Part shown: positions 38,232 through 51,615 of the stretch, in pieces
How positions within the stretch are numbered: the stretch's first letter is position 1
How the letters are laid out: each line of letters starts with the position of its first letter
NCBI GenBank assembly: GCA_028023455.1
Contig: JAQFVV010000006.1
Span: 1,922,001-1,986,000 of the forward strand
Reading direction: 5' to 3'
Length of the DNA stretch: 64,000 nucleotides
Source: Epiperipatus broadwayi
Taxonomy: Eukaryota; Animalia; Onychophora
The notes under the pieces: model-generated
What the model was told of the DNA's origin: nothing
Database searches by the model: none
What the model saw: the letters and a program-made list of their open reading frames with translations, nothing else
Made by a program: the position numbers and the translations under genes

Positions 38232-41200
38232 GTTATATTATGCAACTAAGGATTCAAATTCAATTGTACATAAACTGTATCATGCATGCTCTCTCTGATT
38301 TCACTGAAGTTTTACAATAAATGTAATGGACATTGCTCAAGTTATAAAGGTATCAAGAGAACTTACTCCAAACATGAAATTTAGCACTAACTTTTGAAGA
38401 TCACATTAAAAATGAAATGGGATATGTATCTGATGAACTTCTACATCATATTTTTTTACCATCTATTCCTATTACAGTCAGCATCAAGGGTCAACGACTT
38501 CTTTGCTTCAAATATATGCTTGGACATATTATCTCTTATGCAGTGTTGGAAATAGTATCAATCATGGTCCAATTGACAGGCTTGATCGTTAATTGAAATA
38601 ACGTGCACAAAATTACATCATTTATCCATCTAACATGAGCTGGAACTCACAAAATGTACTTCAAACCCAGTCAAGCCTGAGATTTAGGTCAGGGACCAGC
38701 CTGGATTCGAACCCACTCTCTAAGCCCCAGATCAAACATCTAATGGATAACATGATAGTGATGGTGCATGAGAATTAATTTTAATCTGGCCCACTAGCAA
38801 AGCATGAGAAGACAATGAGACATCTATTACTATGACTTAACTAAAATATATACACACATAACTGTATGTGTGGAAGTGGAGGAAAAGGAATTCAAACTAC
38901 TCAAATACGTTAGACAATAAAATTATTAGTTTAATATAATGACAAATTATTATATATTATGACTTAATTATATACATTAGTGTGCGCGTGAATGAGCAAG
39001 CAGTAGATGATTACATAGTGTCCTTCACGCTATTATTTCTCATATGCTCTTTTATTAATTAGCTAAATAATATATTATAAATAAACACACATCTTTGGTG
39101 TGTCCAATATTAAGATGCCAATCGAATATTAGAAAGAATTACATAATACTGCCATTAATGCTTTGATTTATGGTTCAGAAACATGGTGACTAACATATAT
39201 TTTTAGGAGCGTTCCGAAATTCATTATACATATGAAACTATTTTCACGCCATTGAGGTCGTGAAAATAAATAAAATACATTTGAAAGATTATATTTGAAT
39301 CTATCACAAAATATTTAATGAAAAATTATTTTAACAATAGTAAGACGAACGCTTTATTTTCCCCAAGGCATATACTCTTAAATACAGTAATACATTATGA
39401 CGGTGGGACTGTATAAGATTGAAATAACATTATAAATTAATAAAGTTAGTAATATTCGGCATTTATATATATATTGAACAGAGCGCAATTTTAATAATAT
39501 TACAGCACTAAAATTAGGTCATAAGCAAAAGAAATAATGATAATACAAAGTTTTGCGGTACTGATGTAATAGCCAAAAAATAACTAAGAGGAAACGATTG
39601 TGCTTCTGGATGAGATTGAAGTCTAAGCCCCCTTCTTGGGTAGTGCTTAGAGAAAAGTGGATAGGCATGGTGTGGCTCAGACTTTTGCTGGTATAACCGA
39701 TGTGAGAAGCCCTTTATAAAGAAGTGAATATGCATAGTGTGTGCCAAACTTACGGGAATCACCGCCAGAGGCATTTATATGGAATAAGTCCCCATGGGAC
39801 AGAGACAGGACATAATGAGAAATCTATGGGTTCAATCTTGTTGTAACCCCCAGATTAGATTAGAAGCATGTATTATATATAATTCATGAAGATAGGCCGA
39901 ATGTCAGTAACCCAGTAATGATAAATGTCACTAACGACATTAAATAAGTTTTACTGCTTTAAAAATAGATGACGCCAGTTTGAGTACTATAATTTAGACA
40001 AATAATATGTTATGCAGTTATAATGTATAAATATTTAGATTTCATTTACGAAAATATACTTGAAGATTTTATTTAGTACAAGAAACATTAAGATTTACCC
40101 CCTTCCCTTTTCAGTTATTTAAAATAAATCAATCCCACCTTCCTGGATTTTATAACAACTGAGAATATTTAAGCACTGTATTTGATATTTCAAGATGATG
40201 GAACAATAAAATAAAAACTAGCAGTTATATATATATAAAACAATTAAGTCATACTTTCAGAATTGAGTAATAATTTATAAAATAAATAAGGTTTCAGAGC
40301 GTTAATTAGCTTGAGTTCTGGATTCACCCCGGGTAGAAAATCCAGAGTTAAACATATATAGATATATAGATATTTATATTAAAGCATAAACAAAATGTTG
40401 ACGTAAAAACAATCTGGCGAGTGTATTAATTAACAATACATTATATTTTAAGGGAACGTTAATAACCTAATTCATGAAGGTTTACTAAAAAAAAAGAAAA
40501 GATTTTAGAAATTCAACTCGTCAGATTGCTTAAGATTGGCATATTAATAATAAAAGCATATATATAAAATCAAGTAATAAATAAATGACCGCACCAAGTT
40601 AAGAGAGTTGAGCATATGAGAGAAAATTAAATATATAGAAATCATTAACTTAAGAGCAAATTACATGTTAAAAAAAAAACAAAGTTAAATAACATTTTAG
40701 AAGAAATCTTGATAGATGAATTAGGCTAGATTTAGTTTTAATGGTGGTGATTTGAAATAATTTACCTTGCACAGTTTTAAGAGTTCATATTAAAAAGTCC
40801 AGCTCGTGCATGGCAGTTATTATGTGACAGCAAACTTCTATTTAGCATTCCAAAGTTCTCCATTGGGCCTTTACTTCATTCTATGGGAGCATGATATAAT
40901 GGTAGCAGCAGATGATGACCCAACAGGGCCGAGAAGGGTGGTGGACTTACTACTACATCATTATTTTTTTAACTTTCACACCAGCGGAGGTTATGTTCAC
41001 TGCTATTCTTTCAATAGTAGCTAATCTATTCTATCTCTGTGATTCAAAATACAGCCATTTTATACTTTTTCTTTATCGATTGTTTTTGAAGATGCAACAG
41101 TAAGATAACGTCCAAAAATAAATTCAAATCTATTTCCAGATTAGAAATAGATTTGAAAAAATGTTTATAACAAAAGTATCTTTAATCTTAATCCCATTTT

Positions 41201-42104
41201 AAGTAAAAACTTTAATTAAAAATACCTTCCCCAGATTAAAACAATAGTGCTTCCAACCCTTTAAATATTTTTAGACAATTAAGCAACTTCCATCTTGGTT
41301 TTTATTAAAATATACAGTTTAATCAAAAAAGTACTTTAAAAAGAAAAAGTTTAAAAAATGACGTATAATAAAATATTTATAAAAAATCAATATTTTGTTA
41401 GTATTTTGCTCCTATATATATATATTTGAGCCGCACCTATATATTTTAATAAAAAGAATTAATCATAAAATTAATAATAATAAAAATGTTAATTTGAAAG
41501 TTAAAATTTTATAATTTAGGTGCGCATCTCAAATATATACATAAAATATATATACACGACAAAAGGAGCAGGATGGGAACACAGGTTAGTAGGAAGCTCA
41601 ATCTTAAACTAAGATTGACTGCTTCACTTGGATGTAAGTTATGACATTAATAATAATAGATCATTTGCATTTCAGTCTGCACATATTATCTAAATGAAAT
41701 ATGATATGCCACTATAGCATTTTGACAGATATACCACCCATAAATTGCAGTTACAAGAATTAGTCTCAAAATTTGCTTGAGGACAGTCCTTTCCAGTAAT
41801 CCATGGAACCAAACGAAAGTAATACATGGAATTCAGCTACATGTTACAATCAAATTACTTCATACATTTAAAATTATCCAAAACTAAAACTAAAATCTAC
41901 TTATGAAGCTTCTGACAAAATTACCTCTTCTGCCAATGAAAATAGTTATAGAGCTACTATATCTGATTCAGGTACCTAATGTGCCAGCAAAAAGAGTCAT
42001 TCCAACTCTTCAAAAACATAATGTTCAAGCATTAAAATCACAACCATAAATATATGGGATTCAATTCATACAATAGAATTTCACAGATAAGTCAGTTTCT
42101 AAAT

Positions 42105-42420
42105 AATCACTCCATACGGTAGTGCCACTCAGTGCAATCCAGAGTAATCAGTGGATGCCAAAAGGCTTGTGCATAAAATCCCTGTCTAGTGCCTAGATAG
42201 GAATTTTATGCACAAGTCTTTTGGCATCCACTGATTACTCTGGATTGCACTGAATGATGAGTAGGCACTAGATAGGTATTTTCTGCATAAACTTTCTGGC
42301 GATCCACTGATTACTCTGGCTTGCACTGAGTGGCAGTACTGTATGGAGAGTTTGGGCTGTTGTAATAACAGTTATGAGGAAGCTTAAGAAATGGTGATCA
42401 TGTGATTTTCTGATATCTTT
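42105..42420. mobile_element. Family A foldback lacking the HHR core, with an internal duplication
   Basis: 42110-42192 mirrors 42195-42255, followed by a second right-arm copy 42258-42345 and the family terminus gaaatggtgatcatgtga. Confidence 0.75.
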
Positions 42421-42559
42421 GTCCCTTACTGAAGCAAAAATTACTTTATCTACCAAACCAACCAGTATATATCTGAACATAAGTCCAATATTAGACAAGC
42501 GTAAGTGTCCTAATAAATGCATAACTTCCATTAACAAGATTAAAAATAATATTCATCTC

Positions 42560-43600
42560 AGTTAATACAATCATTCTGTTTTCAGTCACAGATGCACTGC
42601 CTTATAACAGTATGCTCATACCAAAAAGCTAGAGACATAGTACATGTAAGCTGGGTCTAATCATCATGTGGGGTGACTTTAATTGTTCATATAATGAACT
42701 ACGATGCACTTTGAAACCAAAGACCAATTACCTGACCTTGATTCCACTACTTTCTCTTTACAGTTCACATGCTGCATCATTATTAGAGATAATGAGCTTC
42801 CCTCATTGATCTATTTTATATTTCTCTTACTGGCCTCATGACTTTTTGTTATTTATCTAGTATTTCTTGTTCTGATCATCTTTATGTACTCTCACACAAG
42901 GCACTCTTCAAAATAAAGCATCAATTTATAAATTTAAAGTCATGTCGATTTGTCAGTGAATTTGGCTATCGATAATGTCATCAACACAGTAATTGTATGT
43001 AATTATTTTTATCAGCTACAGAACCTCTCTTTGATAGAAATATGGATACTATTTGCATATTTATTTTAAATAGTTATAGTTCTGATCACTTAAGATTCAA
43101 ATAACCTTATATGACCATGTATTGATGATACCAGTTCAACTCTTCAAACTACTGCACAATCCAATGATGTGAACTCCTTATCCATAAATTACAAAATAAA
43201 GTTAGTCTTCTAACTGCTTTTTATAACCAAAATGCTACAATATTTAGTCTAAGAAAAGCAATCACTCATTATTCAAGGATAACAAAAACTACTGTAAATC
43301 ATGCAAAGTTAATTCATTCTTTTATCTTTGGTATCCCTTCATTGTTGAAAGAAAATACACTGCGCATGTCGGGCATTAACATGATTATCAAACGTTTTAA
43401 CTGCCTAAAAACTATTCTAAAAGCAGTTGATTATTATCTATCCTCTATTGATATACAGCTGCCTCAAAATATGTCTCAAAGCAACAAATTCTCTATGAAA
43501 TTAGGCACTTATGTTCCACACCTCATCAGCAGATTATCTGATTTTGGCTAATATTTACAGGCATCTACATTATATCATCATTCTAATATTACATAAGTGT
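42560..43600 (+). pseudogene. Decayed LINE (CR1/L2-like) with APE endonuclease motifs and possible 3' ORF2 remnant
   Basis: LIIMWGDFNCS (~42650-42690), LIDLFYIS...ISCSDHLYV (~42800-42890); AKLIHSLSLVSL at ~43300 resembles the LxLxSLxxRR region. Confidence 0.6.
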
Positions 43601-44092
43601 TATAATCAACTTTGATCATGTGAATATTACATAACCTAACTTTTTTACTAATGTAATTTTTTGCCTTAGAAAAAAATCGAATGGCTTTTTTGTCTTATAG
43701 AAACAATAGTACAAAATTACTTTCTCTCTAATTATGTTAATGGTTTTAAATCAATATTTTGAAATTGTGTAAAACTTTTACGCTTAAAAAATATTTTATT
43801 AAGTGAAATATTGCACATCAAATTTAGAAAGGTTAATAAAGAATAAAATATATGTGCTTTCAGCATAAACCAAAGAAGTTTTATTAATATTTGTGATATT
43901 TATGTGCTTGGCTCAGATAATAAAAAATGGCTGCCAAATATTAAAATTTACATATTTTAATGTTTTTTTTTTTGTCTGCTTTATTCCCATTTTTGTCTTT
44001 TGTTTAAATTTTACTTTGAATAGCATATAATTGAAATCATATTGTGGGATACTGTATAGTTTGTGGCTTCCATTCAAATAGGAAATATATAT

Positions 44093-44187
44093 GTTTTCAT
44101 GTATCAAAGCATCGGCCAGGAAGCGAACCCAGGACAACTGCTTGTAAGGCAGCTGTGCTGACCACTCGGCCATTAATGCTTGACATG
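44093..44187 (-). mobile_element. tRNA-Gly-derived SINE (TAC anticodon)
   Basis: Reverse complement CATGTCAA GCATTAATGGCCGAGTGGTCAGCACAGCTGCCTTACAAGCAGTTGTCCTGGGTTCGCTTCCTGGCCGATGC TTTGATACATG AAAA. Confidence 0.8.
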
Positions 44188-45309
44188 TAAATACTTTTAA
44201 ATGTTTAACAAAATCCACTAAAATTAAAGTATAAATGTCTATTTTCAAACTTTCTCAATAATACTATTTTTTTAAGATGAGGATTGTGTTATAAAATTAT
44301 TTTCAAAACTTATATGTACATTATAGCTTATTGATATGTTGTACAATATATAGAAAGCTATAAAATCCATTTATTTTTAATATTAATATATATTTGAAAG
44401 CTTTATTTTATAAATCTGCTTTCATTATCTACAGTTTTACATGCAGACAGCATGGGCTAGCAAAATTCTTTCTGGATCAAGATTATTATTTGAAGAAATA
44501 ATTATAGTTCTCACATTAATGATACATAAAACATTAAATTTCCATTAAAAGCCTAGCTTAAAATTAAAAAAAAAAAAGGGGGGGGGAATTAAGTTATAAA
44601 GACTTTATTAAGTATATTATTATTAAAAAAATATTAACCTGTGTGTGTATATATAATGTTTAAAAAATAAATTATAATTATTTTTTTTTTCAAGATTATG
44701 ATGGTTACCATTTTCAAATTATGTTGAATGAGACTGATATTTTGACGAAACACTCACTTTGTTAAATTAAACCAAAAGTATTTGCAAAAATATATTAATA
44801 CATTGTACATTTTCTAATTTATGTCTGAAGCTATTTACATTGAATTATCAACATTTTTTTATAAGTACACCTAGATCTCACTTTGCGATTGGCTACTTAG
44901 CGATATTTCAAAGTAGCAATCATCATCATTTGTACCCACTAATTTGATTTACAATCCATTATAACGATCGGGAAATTTTTTTTTAAATTTTGTTGGCAGC
45001 CATCTTGAATTTTGCATCACCGATGATATCACAGAATAGATATTTGAAAGTCATTTTACCCAAAAGAAAAAGTACATTACTGTAATACATATACTGGTAA
45101 TAGCTTTGCTGAAATCGTATAGCATATACAATATTTTATTCACGAAGCACAATGTTGGTGCTGCATTCAGTATTTTAAATGATTATAGAACGTATAAACT
45201 TAAAATATAAATAATTAATGAATCTATAATACTATGTACATATAAGTGTTGAATGTCTTTAGAAAAAATAAACTTTATTTAAATAAAATATACAGTACTT
45301 CAGTTTGCA

Positions 45310-45475
45310 ATATTTTTCATTCCTCCCTCTCCATAAACACAGCCTTCTCAACATTAATCTTCATTCTATATTCCATACATTGTTCCCCCCAATATATTCA
45401 ACATATTCTGAAGCACACACATATTCTGAAGATATTTCATCCTCAGCTATAAGAGACAATATCATCGGCAAATCT
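45310..45475 (-). pseudogene. LINE RT fragment (FADD region)
   Basis: FADDIV / AEDE..LQNMLNILGEQCMEYRMKINVEKAVFM with a frameshift. Confidence 0.75.
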
Positions 45476-45490
45476 CATACCTACCCTGAC

Positions 45491-45533
45491 ACCTCTCTGA
45501 GGAGTGCCAAAGCACGAAACCATGGTCTGGGGT
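45491..45533 (+). ncRNA. Canonical minimal type I hammerhead (family E)
   Basis: ACCTCT CTGAGGA GTGC caaa GCAC GAAA CCATGG TC TGGGGT; predicted cleavage after 45527; same family as 56574-56616. Confidence 0.8.
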
Positions 45534-45729
45534 TTGGGGAGGGGTTCCTGACAGAGTTATTATTCGGAACAAGTTCAGTCATGATAAAAATCTGACCTTT
45601 CTCTATTCATTACTGTGTAGTAAGTTTATTATTACTCCCTCAATTTATTATAACAATTATTATTTTCAATATTATATTTTACACCATCTTAATTTATTTG
45701 TGCATATTATCCTCATAAAAGAGCATCTC

Positions 45730-45835
45730 TGTCGAGCATTGGTTACCTAGTGGTTAGCATAGCAGCCTTCCAAGCAGATGGCCTGGGTTCTCTTCTTGGT
45801 CAATGCATTTGACATATGAAAAAAAAGAGCATTTC
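45730..45835 (+). mobile_element. tRNA-Gly(TCC) SINE with probable target-site duplication
   Basis: aaaagagcatctct precedes and aaaagagcatttct follows TGTCGA GCATTGG...TCAATGCA TTTGACATATG A(n). Confidence 0.8.
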
Positions 45836-46187
45836 TATCATATTTGTATACTGCAAAGTATTGTATGTTTGCAGCTCACTTAGAAAAATATTTATTCTAT
45901 TTTAATCAAAGCTTATTAACAAAACACAGGTTATTATGAGTGAAATACACATAAGGACTTGGAACAAAGTGGTTAGCATAGCAGCCTTCCAAGCAGATGG
46001 CCTGGATTCTCTTCTTGGTCAATGCATTTGACATATGGAAAAAAAGAGCATCTCTATCATATTTATATACTGCAAAGTATTGTATGTTTGCAGCTCACTT
46101 AGAAAAATATTTATTCTATTTTAATCAAAGCTTATTAACAAAACACAGGTTATTATGAGTGAAATACACATAAGGACTTGGAACAAA
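45750..46187 (+). repeat. Recent 219-bp tandem duplication including most of the SINE
   Basis: 45750-45968 is nearly identical to 45969-46187. Confidence 0.9.
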
Positions 46188-47770
46188 ATATAGAAGATAT
46201 TGGCCCTCATTATTTTTTTTTTTGTTCTGTGCAATTTAATGAAGTGTTAGAATAATAGATTTAAGAGATAATTTTCTGGATCAGCACAACATCATTTCTC
46301 GTGCTAGATTTAACATGACTTCCTTTCTCAAGTAACTAATCATTAAATTATTCCCAGTGTGATTGCATGCTATTGCGGCATGATGAACTTGAGAGTTAAA
46401 GGTTTTTTGATAAGCTCAGCTTGTCCCTTCTGACATTTGAATATCATATGACCCCTTAAGTAACTGATCATTCGTTTACCCCCAGTGTTATTGAATGCAG
46501 TATTAGGATTGTGGGTTTGAAAGGTTTCTGAATCCATTCAATTTATAACTTTTGGTGCTTGAACATCATGTAATCATCTCCAAACAACTAATATTTCAAT
46601 TATTTATTTTACTTTTTCTTATGGATTGAATAAAAAAAAATCAAATAGCTTTACAACTCAGGAGCTCATAAGAAGCACCAGGATGACAGCTTGACTGTGA
46701 TCCAAGGATCTTGAATTTCTACATCTGACAGTATACTGTACCACAATATACAGAACAGTATATGGATAGAACAAAACAGCATAATGATTCTTGCAGTGGT
46801 ATACTGAAAGCATGCTTAATGCAATATAAAAATGTTGAATCATTAACTATTACCTTTTTTAATATGTGATTGTAATAAAAGTATAATATAATAAAAATAA
46901 TAATAGTAGTAGCAGTAGGAGAAGAAGAGGAAGAAGGAGGAGGGAGAAGAAGGGTGAAGAAGAAGAAAGAGCACTCACATTTCTATGTTTTTAGAAAGAC
47001 ATTTTCTATAATGTAATACATATATAAATGTTATGTTTTTCCTTTAGTGCAATTAACTAAGATATTCATTAGTGCAGTTTCAAACTGTAATTATAAACAG
47101 AAACCAATGTTGTTTTGTTGAATATGAGTATACTATTGGTCGAAGCCACATGTTAGAGGCTTTGGAAATATAAGATCGGCCTTATCTTTGACCTAAATGC
47201 AATTTATATAGGCCTATCATAAATATCTTCCTCTTATTCAGTAAAACATTGGTTCACTATGACAGTACACTGCATGTGTAGCTGTCGATTGCCATCTGTT
47301 TAAAATTACAGTTTGAAACTGTGCTAGTCAATATCTTAGCCAAATACTTTCATTTTAACATCTCTTAATATTAGCTTGCAGGGAATGTTAAAATTTTGCA
47401 AGGGTTAATATACATAATAAAAAATGTGGAAGTCAAGTAAATAATAATTCACACTCTCAATCTAAGTTACTTATGATTGGCCTATATAATTGTATAAAGG
47501 TACAAAGATAAGACAGCTGCTTTTATCTTTATTAAATCTCTATCATGTGGCTTGGATCTTGTTTTCAAATATTCAATAAAGAACATTGGTTTAATATGAC
47601 AGTTCAGTGCATGTGTAGTAGTTGATTATCATGTTTGAGTTGCCCTCCTTTTGTAACACTATGTAATTGATAACTTGTATGATGTCAACAACATCTATTA
47701 GGGTTATTATGAAAATGAAATACATGGATGAAAGAACATTCAGGTGTTATTAACATCATTGAAAAAAATT

Positions 47771-48029
47771 AAGATACTAATATGGAGCTGGGCTGGACAC
47801 AATATAGAACAGGTGATAATAGATGGACAGTTGAAATCTCAAACTGGATTCTGAGAGACTATAAAAAACTTAGAAAGAGACCAGATGTGAAATGGGTGGA
47901 TAAAAATAAGTAATTATGTTGGAGTGATATTGAGAAGATAGGCTAGAGATTGGAGAAACTGGATTATAGTTGGAGATACCTTCATTCTGCAGTGGTTTAA
48001 TAATGATTACAAATGATAATGATGATGAT
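47771..48029 (+). pseudogene. 3' end of an RTE-clade LINE with (ATG)n tail
   Basis: IWSWAGHNI / RTGDNRWTVEISNWILRDYKKLRKRPDVKWVDK, then ...TFILQW and gatgatgat repeats. Confidence 0.8.
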
Positions 48030-49183
48030 TTTTGTATGTTTTATCTTTTGTAAATATTTTTGACATTTACTTAAAGATTATGTTATTTTTTTGGAAAAAA
48101 GTTAAAATGTATTGAATTTATTTATATATATATATATATCAGTGAATGTTTTTTTTTTTGTTTGTTTTTAACACTTTGTTTTTTTTAGAATTCAAGATAT
48201 CTGTCACTTATTTTCTTTTCAATAATTACTCATAAAAGTATTTATTTATCAAATATTTTGCCCTTCTGAGATTTATCTTGTTTTTGCAATTTGAGTTTGG
48301 GATTAAATCTGTCGTTTATATAAAGAACATTTGTCTTCTGAAACTGCCCTCTGTCAATTATTCATATGCAGGTTTAAGAAAATAGTAAATGGGTTTTTAA
48401 TTTGTACCACAACTCTTTCAAGTCCAATAGATTTTTTAAAATTATATTATGTTTAGTTGAACAAATTTCAGCTGTGCTTTGTTGAAGCAATATCTATATA
48501 TAAAGCCAAAAATGTCAGTTTATAAGCCCATTTCATTCTTGTGGTAAATGATAGATAATGAACTATGTTGAATGCATATGAACAGTGGCAGCTCATGTAT
48601 AGGTGCTGGTGAACTGCAGCACCCCCTATAACATTTATAATGAGTTTTTTACTTTAATTCTTTTTTTATACTATTATATAATCTTTAAGCTTAATGTCAG
48701 TAGCCATCTCCTAGTTCAAGAAAATGTTAAAAAACTCTTATATGGAACTGTGTGCGTCACACTTCCAGTGATGTGGTGTGTTGTGCTCATGTGCAGATGT
48801 CTGAGTTAAGAAGCTGCATGCTAGCAGTAGATAGAAAGCGCACTGCTGCTCACACAGTGCCTACCCTCCCTATTTTGTTGCCATTCAATACAATGACTTA
48901 ATGAGTCTTTTCTTTAATTTTTTATTTATACTTGTACTTTATACGATCCTTAAGCAGCAAAGAAAAGCGAAGAATCAGTTTCATTTTTAAATGCATGAAT
49001 CATGCTCGAAACTGTAAGAATTTAGGCTGTTGTAAGTAAAAAAGGTAATTATGACAACTGTATTTATCTGGCGATAATTATTCTAACTTTGTGACCTTGG
49101 AAAACAATGCCTGCATATGATCTTCATATAAATGGTAACATAAAACTTTATTTAAAAAAAATATACATATTTATCTTATATTG

Positions 49184-49400
49184 GTAATAAATTGAAAGGT
49201 TGCCGATCTTCCACATGTACCTACTGTTGCTTTTCAGACAGCCAATCAGATGTTAAGGCAGCAGTATGGCTTTTCTTATCAAAAACTGTCATGTGTTGAG
49301 GCTTGATCGCTCTTCATACTGCTGTCTTAATATCTGATTGGTTGTCTGAGAAGCAACAGTAGGCACATGTGAGAGACTGGCAAACTTTTAATTTATTACT
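49184..49400. mobile_element. Palindromic MITE-like element without a recognisable HHR
   Basis: cacatgtacctactgttgcttttcagacagccaatcagatgttaaggcagcagtatg mirrors catactgctgtcttaatatctgattggttgtctgagaagcaacagtaggcacatgtg. Confidence 0.75.
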
Positions 49401-49765
49401 AATTTAACAACAATATGTGATTTATACAAAAATATTGTTTATCTTATATTGATAACCACATTTATTCTAATCAAAATAATGAGCAATCATTAGGGCAGAC
49501 GGAATTTATGTCCTACAAAATAGAAATGAAAGCATCCATTTTTTAGTTCCGGCATTTTTGCATAACATTGCAACGTAGTTTAAAATGTTCAATTAGCAGC
49601 GGAAGCAAGATTTTCAGTAGCAACTTTATCCCAGTCAGAAGAATATGAAATACTGATTTAAAAACAATTTATTTTCCTTTTTAGAAAGTTGTAAATGTGT
49701 TTAATTCAATGTTTATTTACAGATTTGTTTCTGAAGTAGAATTGCAATCATAAGTTTAATAATTT

Positions 49766-50009
49766 ATCATACCATTTACACCTTTTTAGACACTTTATCA
49801 ATACTTTTATTTGTATTACACTAACAGTTTCGACTGTCCTGCAGTCATCATCAGAGTTCTTGTTGATTATATTACCAAAGTTGAGTTTGGTAATAGAATC
49901 AACAAGAACACTGAAGATGACTGCAGGATAGTCGAAACTGTTAGTGTAATATAAATAATACAAATAAAAGTATTGATAAAGTGTCTAAAAAGGTGTAAAT
50001 AGTATGATA
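49766..50009. mobile_element. Foldback hairpin element with HHR cores in both arms and a 6-nt central loop
   Basis: Centre ATTACCAAA gttgag TTTGGTAAT; right arm CTGAAGA T GACTG cagga TAGTC GAAA CTGTTAGT (49911-49946); left arm minus CTGATGA T GACTG cagga CAGTC GAAA. Confidence 0.85.
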
Positions 50010-50640
50010 TGCTATAATAGAAATCAGTACATAGGGAAAGAAGTAGAAAATTATATTACTTCCATAAGTTTAATAATTGTTTAGGATTTTATCACATTTA
50101 TGCACCATTCTTCTTTGTATATGTTTCTTTTATTTTATACAATTTTAAAACAAGTCTAAAAGTTTTCTGAACCAAGACCTCCACCCATTTTAGGTATGAG
50201 CCATTACTACATATGAGTGAGATTTGTTAGGAGAGATCAACTGAACAATGCTGATTCAGACAAAATTCATCCTAACAGTGGAAGGAATCCTTTATCTTTT
50301 CTCTCAATATATTTATTTGTTTGAAGATTCAAATTCTTTAATAACAGGTAAATTAAAGCTGCATAATTACTGAAGAATGTTGATCATGATTAATCAATGA
50401 ACATGCATTGTATATGTCTTACACTAATTAGTTATCCTGCATGTGTTTTGCTATTGTTTTTACTTTACTTTGCAATTACTGATACTACCATCTACAATTA
50501 TTAAAATGTCAACAACCTATTCACGCTGATAATTTATATTTTCATTATTTTCATCGGATATTTTTATTCTCATGGTTGTCTTATAGCTTCTACTCTTTGT
50601 TCTAAATCTTATGGAAAATTTTAAATAAATCAGTAGCTCA

Positions 50641-51135
50641 CAGAGACAAAACTCTCCATACAGCAGCACCATTCAGTGCAAGTCAGCAATCAATGGATGC
50701 AGGAATGTTCATGCATAAAATCCCTATCTAATGCCTACTCATCCAATATCTCCAGACTAGTTTCTAGCTTATGGCTTTCATAGTGAGGAGCCTTGGATCT
50801 GAGAGCACTGCACTTAGATCTTAGGATCAAATGCAACCCTCCAGCAGCTACTATGGTTAGCTAATAAGGTAAAAGGTGGCTGATAGAGGGATGCATTAGA
50901 TCCTATGATCAGTGCAATGCTCACAGATCCAATGCTCCTCACTGATGAAAGTGATAAGCTAGAAACTAGTCTGGAGATATGACATGAGTAGGTACTAGAT
51001 AGGGATTTTACGCACAAGTCTTCCAGCATCCATTGATTATTCTGGCTTGCACTGAGTGGTCTACTGTATGGAGTGTTTTGCCTCTGCAAAAAAAACAGCT
51101 TGGGTAAGCATAAAGAATGGTGATCATGTGAAATC
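50641..51135. mobile_element. Most complete family A foldback; HHR at 50936-50977 (+)
   Basis: cagagacaaaactctccatacag ... ctgtatggagtgttttgcctctg with ~205-bp arms; TCCTCA CTGATGA aagtgataagcta GAAA CTAG TC TGGAGA. Confidence 0.85.
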
Positions 51136-51534
51136 AGTAGCTTTAATATTACTGAAATACCTATGTAAATAACTGTCTTTGCAAAAGGATAAGTTATATG
51201 ATAATCTTTCCCAGTTTAGGAAAATGTTAAACCATTCATGACTATATATGATGTGATTACTGCATCCCTTATGTGAAACATCCGGCAGTGATATAACTTG
51301 TATAATCATTGCATTAACTTTATATGCATGAGCTTTACCTTATATTGAAACACACTTTGAACAAATCCATTGCCTGTTGTTGCTGATATTTTTCTATGTC
51401 ATAAACCAGAAATCTTTCATTCAGTCCGAGATTGAATACATTGCCTGAGTTCAGCTGCAGTATTACTAAATGTACAACAAAGATTTAAACAAACTGCAGC
51501 AAATTCAGAATGAATAAAAACTAGCTAAATTTAA

Positions 51535-51585
51535 AATAATACAACCCAGGGTTTCGTTGCCCATGCAGATTTTTTAAGTGCAAAG
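51535..51585 (-). ncRNA. Decayed HHR-like motif downstream of the GIY-YIG ORF (putative Penelope pLTR)
   Basis: GCAC TTAAAAA A tcTGC atgg GCAac GAAA CCC T GGG TT GTAT; core differs from CTGAAGA by three transitions. Confidence 0.45.
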
Positions 51586-51615
51586 TTATACCAACATAAA
51601 CCATTTATATCATCT

